Shown one piece after another: positions 58,448-64,000 of a stretch of DNA of 64,000 nt. Each line of letters begins with the position of its first letter. Position 1 is the first letter of the stretch. The notes under the pieces were generated by a model, which saw nothing but the letters and a program-made list of their open reading frames with translations, ran no database searches and was not told the origin of the DNA. A program made the translations under genes and the position numbers. This stretch comes from Emiliania huxleyi CCMP1516 (Eukaryota). The stretch lies in assembly GCF_000372725.1 (NCBI RefSeq), contig NW_005202113.1:62001-126000 (forward strand), written 5' to 3'.

Positions 58448-58766
58448 GGTCGGCGCAACAGTAACGGTCCCGGCCAGATGATCCGGCGAAACTGCGTTGG
58501 GCGTGAACGATTGCGCTTTGGGGCTTACTCTACTTAACTCTCTGTGGCTAGAAGTTCCTATCTATGCTTCTGTTCTCGGCGCGCGCACGTTTGGCACTAA
58601 CTCGAGGCTTTGATTCTTACGCCCCTCACTCACCCGCCAACCAAGGCAGGTAGGTAGGTGATTGAGTGAGTGACTTGTTTGTGTGTGTGTGTGTGCTCAC
58701 TCACACCACTACACTGTCTGGTGGGGGTGCCCGAGCCATGTATGTGTGCGTCTGTGCATGTGCGGG

Positions 58767-60360
58767 AAAAAAGAAAGAAAACACACAACCCAAGGCGGAG
58801 GAGGGATGGGAGGACGGCACACCGCCACCACACAGGGATTTTAAGGAGAGGAGTGTGGTGCTAGCCGTCACCCACCCTCGGGCGTCTACCTCTTCCTATC
58901 TCTCTTTGCAAGTCTCTCGCCAATTCTCGCAGCGACCTTCATGCCGCCTAGCATGCCGCCTCGCGTTCTTCCTACCTACTCTCGTCGTTCTCTCTCCTGC
59001 TGTTTCATCCTCTGACTCATCGCTCTCCTCGCACCTCGCGGGCCTCGTTCTGAGACGCCGCCACCGCCTGCCGATCCCTTGCTCTCGCGGCTTCTCTCGC
59101 CTCTCGCGGCGTAACTCCGCTCTCCTCGCAGCGTATTTTGGCCCCTCGAGTTTATCGAGCCTTCCTCTCGCGCAAGGACCACATTTCTGACTCTCCCACT
59201 CCGATCATTATTTGCCTCCAAGTCATGTCGTTGCTCAGATCCACTCTCGCTTTTCGAGCACTTACCTCAACGGTCGGTGTTGGCACTGTGGGGCTCCATT
59301 CGTGTGTAAAAAGAAAGAAAGAAAACAGACAATCCAAGGGAGGGATGGGAGGACGGCACGCCGCCACCAGAAAAGGATTTAAGGAGAGGAGTGTGGTGCT
59401 AGCCGTCGCCCACCCTAACCCTTGTTCGTCTGCTCTTCTTTCTCCCTTCGCGTGTAACAGAGGCGGTGGAAGCTCCATCGACCGGCGACGTCGAAGACGA
59501 GCTTTAAAGAAAGAAAGAAAGAAAACAGTCAACCCAAGGGAGGGATGGGAGGACGGCACGCCGCCACCACACAGGGATTTTAGGGGAGAAGTGTGGTGCT
59601 AGCCGTCGCCCACCCTCGGGCGTCTACCTATTTCTATCTCCCTTCGCAGTTTCTCACCAATTCTCGCAGCGACCTTCATGCCACCTCGCGTTCTTCCCAC
59701 TCTCGTCGTTCTCTCTCCTGCTGTCTCTTCCCCTGACTCATCGCTCTCCTCGGCCTCGTTCTGAGACGCCGCTGCCGTCTGCCTTGCTCTCGCTGCTTCT
59801 CTCGCCTTTCTGCGTAACTCCGCTCTCCTCTCCGCGTATTTTGGTCCCTCGAGTTTATCGAGCATTCCCTCGCGCAAGGACCACATTTCTGACTCCCACC
59901 GCGATCATATCCCGCCATGTCATGTCGTTGCTCAGGTCCACTCTCGTTTCGAGCACTTTTGTACCTCAACTGTCGGTGTTGGCACTGGGGTTCCCTTCGG
60001 GGATATCGTGACAGCTGACGGCGGGATTTCCACTGGTGTTTCGTCCTCCTCGGGGTCGTCTTCCCCGGCTTCCTTGCGTTCGGCGTGGCTCACCCTCCAT
60101 GCCGTGAACAGGCGCTTTATCCACTCTATATTCTTCTCTCGTTCCTCTGCCCGTGCCTTGGTCTTGTCGTTGTTTCGCACCCATGTCTGTATGGCAATCG
60201 AGGCTGCCTTCCCCACTACCTACCTGTAGTTCACTCGTCACCTCTCCCGCGAGCGCCCCTCTCTTTCTTTCGGGTATGGGGTCCGTGAGTGCGGGCAACG
60301 TGCAAAGAAAGAAAGAAAGAAAACACACAACCCAAGGGAGGGATGGGAGAACGGCACGCC
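58767..60360 (-). mobile_element. Four tandem truncated copies of the 3' end of a putative non-LTR retroposon with (TTTC)n tail
   Basis: (AAAG)n-AAACA..CAA.CCAAGG..AGGGATGGGAG.ACGGCAC recurs at about 58767, 59308, 59506 and 60304. Copies 1 and 3 share about 500 bp. A decayed minus-strand ORF ends ...GRRPRVGDG*. Confidence 0.7.
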
Positions 60361-60396
60361 AGGCAATCACGGGCGGGTCCATGTTTTTCTTTTGAG

Positions 60397-62566
60397 GACG
60401 TTCTCAGCGGCTCTCCTCGGCGTGCCTGTGGCCCCACCTGCCTCTAGCGCGATGTTCAGCAACTGGGGCATGTTTTATCGCCTCGATATGCCGCCGCTGC
60501 CGCCTCTGGCGCCGCTGCCGCCGCTGACGCCGTCTCCGCCGTCTCCGCCGTCACCCCCGCTGGCGCCTCCATCACCCTTGCGGTCTCCGGTGCCTCCGAT
60601 GCTGCCACCGTTCCCGCCTTCGTCCCCGCTCGTCGTGCCGTCGCCGTCGTCGCCAGCGGTTCCTCCTCCTCCTTCGCCGCCCACTCCACCCTCGCCGCCG
60701 ATGCCGTGGCCGCCGAGCCTTGCGTCACCGCCACCGGCGGCGCCCCAGCGATTGTTTCGCACGGGGTCCATACGCTCGTGCGGCGAGACCGTTCGTGGAG
60801 ACACCACCAAGGCTGCCAGGCAGACCGGCACCCCCGCGGGCGAGCACATTTACGCCTTCACCGTCGCCGCGGCCGGCACGATAGTCTTTGACACGTGCGG
60901 CTCTGGTCTCGACACGGTCGTGAGCGTGTTCACGTCGGGGCTCGCGAAGAAGGTGGCTCAGGGCGACGACAGCATCGCTTGCGGCAAGCAAGCCATCTTG
61001 ACGGCCTCGCTCGACGCCGGCGCCTACGACCTCGTCGTCGAGGGCTACTATAAGAGCGAAGGGACGTACACGCTCACCGTCGGCTGTAGCAACCTGTACA
61101 GCGACGGCGCCCGGATTGGACCCCTGTCATCGCCCGCAGCGCCGCCGCCGCCGCCGGCACCGCCGCCCTCGCCGCCGCATCCTCCCCCGTCCTCGCCGCC
61201 GTCTCAGCCGCCGCTCCCGCCGCCGCCACCTCCCCCGTCCTCGCCGCCGTCTCAGCCGCCGCTCCCGCCGCCGCCTCCTCCCCCGTCCTCGCCGCCGTCT
61301 CAGCCGCCGCTCCCGCCGCCGCATCCCCCGTCCTCGCCGCCTCTGTCGCCGCCGCTTCCGCCGCCGCCTCCTCCCCCGTCCTCGCCGCCTCTGTCGCCGC
61401 CGCTCCCGCCGCCGCCTCCTCCCCCGTCCTCGCCGCCTCTGTCGCCGCCACTCCCGCCGCCTCATCCTCCCCCGTCCTCGCCGCCTGTGTCGCCGCCGCT
61501 TCCGCCGCCGCCTCCTCCCCCGTCCTCGCCGCCTGTGTCGCCGCCGCTTCCGCCGCCGCATCCTCCCCCGTCCTCGCCGCCTGTGTCGCCGCCGCTTCCG
61601 CCGCCCTGCCCGCCCCACCCACCTGGCGCAGCTCCTCCGCCGCCACTGCCGCCGCCGCCGCTACCGCCGCCGCCACTGCCGCCGCCGCCGCTACCGCCGC
61701 CGCCACTGCCGCCACTGCCGCTACCGCCGCTACCGCCGCCGCCACTGCCGCCGCCGCCGCCGCCGCCGCCGCCACTGCCGCCGCCGCCACTGCCGCCCGA
61801 CCCGTGCGGCACGTGCAACGCAATCGTCAAAAAGACCGGCAGATCGCCCCTTCCTTATGGAGACCCGTGCCTGCCGGGCGACCCGGCTCAAACCTACCAG
61901 GACAACCCCAACACCCGCCCTCAGGAGACCACTGAGTGCTACACGGACATCGCGAGCAAGAATCATGTGCGCCGCTGCGTTGTCGCACCGTGGCTGGGCA
62001 TCTCCTACGATACGCACTTCGATACGCCTGAAGACGTCGAAACGTGCCTGGTGCAGCCCTCGTCGCCGCCCCCTGCGCTTCCGCCAGCCCTGCCACCGAG
62101 ACCGCCGCTAGACCCGCTCGACTCCTTTGCCGCCGCTGTGAAGAAGGCGCTCGGCGCCGACTCCTTGCCTGCCAACGACATCCGGCTCGTCCTCGCCCCC
62201 ATCGTCGTTGGCCCCTTCGCCTGCTGCCTCCTCGGACTCGCCTCGCTCGGCTGCCTCTACCTCTGCATGCCTCACGGCGTGAAGCGGTCGCCGCCGCGCT
62301 CCCTCCTCAGCGACGACGGCGCAAAGGCGGCGGCTGATTTCGCTATGGACTTTGGCCCAGCCGCGAGCGCTCACAGCGGCGGCGGCGGTCGTGGCGCAGC
62401 TTCGCGGCGCTCGACGCGGCAATCGTCGTCCATCGCGCTGCGCTCGCCGGCCGGGCGGTCCCCTGCTGAGATCCTCAGCCGCAGGATAGCAGGCAATGTC
62501 AGCCCGATTCCGCTACCCTCTCCAAAGGCTCTCAAACAGCAAGCCCAGGCGCTACAATGGCTATGA
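60397..62566 (+). CDS. Extensin-like proline-rich surface protein with PPC-like domain and C-terminal transmembrane helix
   Basis: GEHIYAFTV...FDTCGSGLDTVVSVF...GDD...LDAGAYDLVVEGY...GTYTLTV (bacterial pre-peptidase-C-like), SPPLPPPPPP tandem repeats and TM LVLAPIVVGPFACCLLGLASLGCLYL; 5' end uncertain. Confidence 0.7.
61130..61800 (+). repeat. Coding minisatellite encoding PPSSPP(S/L/V)(Q/S)PPLPPP and poly-Pro
   Basis: Repeated roughly 45-51-bp units CCTCCCCCGTCCTCGCCGCC...CCGCCGCTCCCGCCG followed by (CCG)n tracts. Confidence 0.9.
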
Positions 62567-63484
62567 ATGCCTCTGTGTCGCTGTGCTGCAGTGCGCTGTG
62601 CGAGAACAGGCGAGCGTCGAAGCAGAGATGCTTCGTACCACCAATCCCTAGCTGCGCGCGGCGCGCGGATCTCCGCTTTTGGCTTTTGAGCCGGCGGCCG
62701 CGCGCAAGGCGCGGCGCGGCGCGGCGTGGGGCGGCGGGCGTCATGGCGGTTGGCGGTCAGTGTAAAAACCCTGTGTGTGCCCATGACGCGGTTGGCGCAC
62801 GTGTGTGTCTCACTCTGCGCAGGCTGGGGCCCTGCGGCCCTGGGACACCACACGCGACACGGACTCAGTGCTGTTGAGGCGGGGGTTTCCGCGGTGTGTC
62901 TCATGTGTACTCGCATATACTCTCGAGTACTCGCACGCCGCGGCTCGCGAGCGCGACCTCCACAAGCCACTCCATCTCTCTATCTCAGTACTCAGATGGC
63001 CGAGTGAAATCTGGGCGCACATCTCTCCGATCTCGACACACAAACCAGATAGAGTGCAGTTTATTGCTATAGCCATACGACCTCGGCTCCTGCGCACCCA
63101 GTGATCACTGCCAGTGTCCCACGCTGCGCCACTCCCAGACCGCAGACGCCCCAGAGGTGAGAGGAGAGCGCGCAGGCCGCAACACGAGTGGTGTGTACGG
63201 CTTTAGACGCGGGCATGCGCGGCTGCGCTCACACGCCACACCTATCTCTCTATGCGTTCATTGTCCCCAACCATCCGCCATGCGCACCACGCCCACCCGC
63301 GGGGCCGTAGCCCCCCCCCCCCCCCCCAAACCACCACACACACAGTCCGGCACCGTGGTGCTCATCTGCTCATCCACCCCTCCCCCCTCCCCCCCCGATC
63401 ATCAAATCGTGAGCGCGTCACGCACAAGGTACACATGTCCTAGCCTTGCCGTTTCTTGACGACGGTACTGCTGGCCCGGCAGCA

Positions 63485-64000
63485 TCAGGCAGCGGCGGAG
63501 CCCTTGAGAGCGGCGACCAGCTGGCTCAGCCGCGTAACGTTGTCGGGACCCGGGTCGGCAGCCCTCTTGACCGGGTCCTTCTTTGCGTCCCGGCGGCTCG
63601 GCGCGTTCGGCGGCCGCTGCTCCTTGGCCATCTTGTCGGCCTTGCGCTTGGCGAGCGCGAGGATCGAGTCGAGTCGCTTGACGAACTCGGGCATCTTTTG
63701 GAAGACGTGCGCCCGCCACTCGCGCGGCCCCGTCACGAGCAGCTGCTGCATCACCACCAGCGACTCGCGCAGGAGCTGCTCGTGCTCGCGGTAGTTTTGT
63801 GCGAGCTCGACGATGGTCGGCACAACCTCGCGCTGCTCCCACACACGGTCGCGCAGCGATGGCGTGCGGCCGATGTTTGCGAGGATCCGCAGCACGTGGC
63901 CGACCGCCTTTTGGTGCGGCAGCGAGCGGTTGCACAGCTGCAGGAGCTGCAGCATCACGGGGACCGTCCCGACCTCGACCATCGCGGCGGCGACGCGCGG
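63485..64000 (-). CDS. ASPM: Abnormal spindle (ASPM/Asp)-like protein, C-terminal ARM-like region (partial, runs off the window)
   Basis: GTVPVMLQLLQLCNRSLPHQKAVGHVLRILANI matches the conserved ASPM C-terminal CNRS.P motif. Confidence 0.7.
   Translation of the reverse strand, partial: PRVAAAMVEVGTVPVMLQLLQLCNRSLPHQKAVGHVLRILANIGRTPSLRDRVWEQREVVPTIVELAQNYREHEQLLRESLVVMQQLLVTGPREWRAHVFQKMPEFVKRLDSILALAKRKADKMAKEQRPPNAPSRRDAKKDPVKRAADPGPDNVTRLSQLVAALKGSAAA

Noticed and set aside
58767..60360. Repeat-spacer appearance suggesting a CRISPR-like array
   Set aside because: Units are long, variable in length and diverged, the intervening sequences are homologous to each other, and no cas genes are present in a eukaryotic context.

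Overview
Eukaryotic, very GC-rich, gene-dense nuclear DNA with many short (about 60-150 nt) introns, often with GC donors. This style suggests a haptophyte alga such as Emiliania/Gephyrocapsa huxleyi (inference only). About 25 genes are supportable. Recognisable ones are an arylamine N-acetyltransferase, a PhyH-like dioxygenase, a SNF2 (Rad5/SHPRH-like) helicase, an intronless serine racemase, a DEAD-box-like helicase, a DnaJ protein, an NHL-propeller protein, a protein O-mannosyltransferase, a DUF4460/TCAIM-like protein, a CH-domain protein, proline-rich surface proteins and the 3' end of an ASPM-like gene. The most unusual items are: (1) an 8.9-kb gene joining a Ulp1/CE-clan-like cysteine protease to a DUF3638-like SF2-type NTPase; (2) an FAD oxidoreductase + cyclopropane-synthase-type methyltransferase + TLC-like membrane domain triple fusion; (3) a DUF3506/Cyclin-D1-binding domain nested inside a SirB1-like domain; (4) four tandem, truncated retroposon 3' ends; (5) a 1.6-kb non-coding block bounded by perfect 19-bp direct repeats; (6) an intron whose 5' end duplicates the next exon; (7) an AAAATTCTTT motif recurring upstream of genes. 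No rRNA, tRNA or CRISPR array was seen. Gene spans include introns, and many start codons are uncertain.
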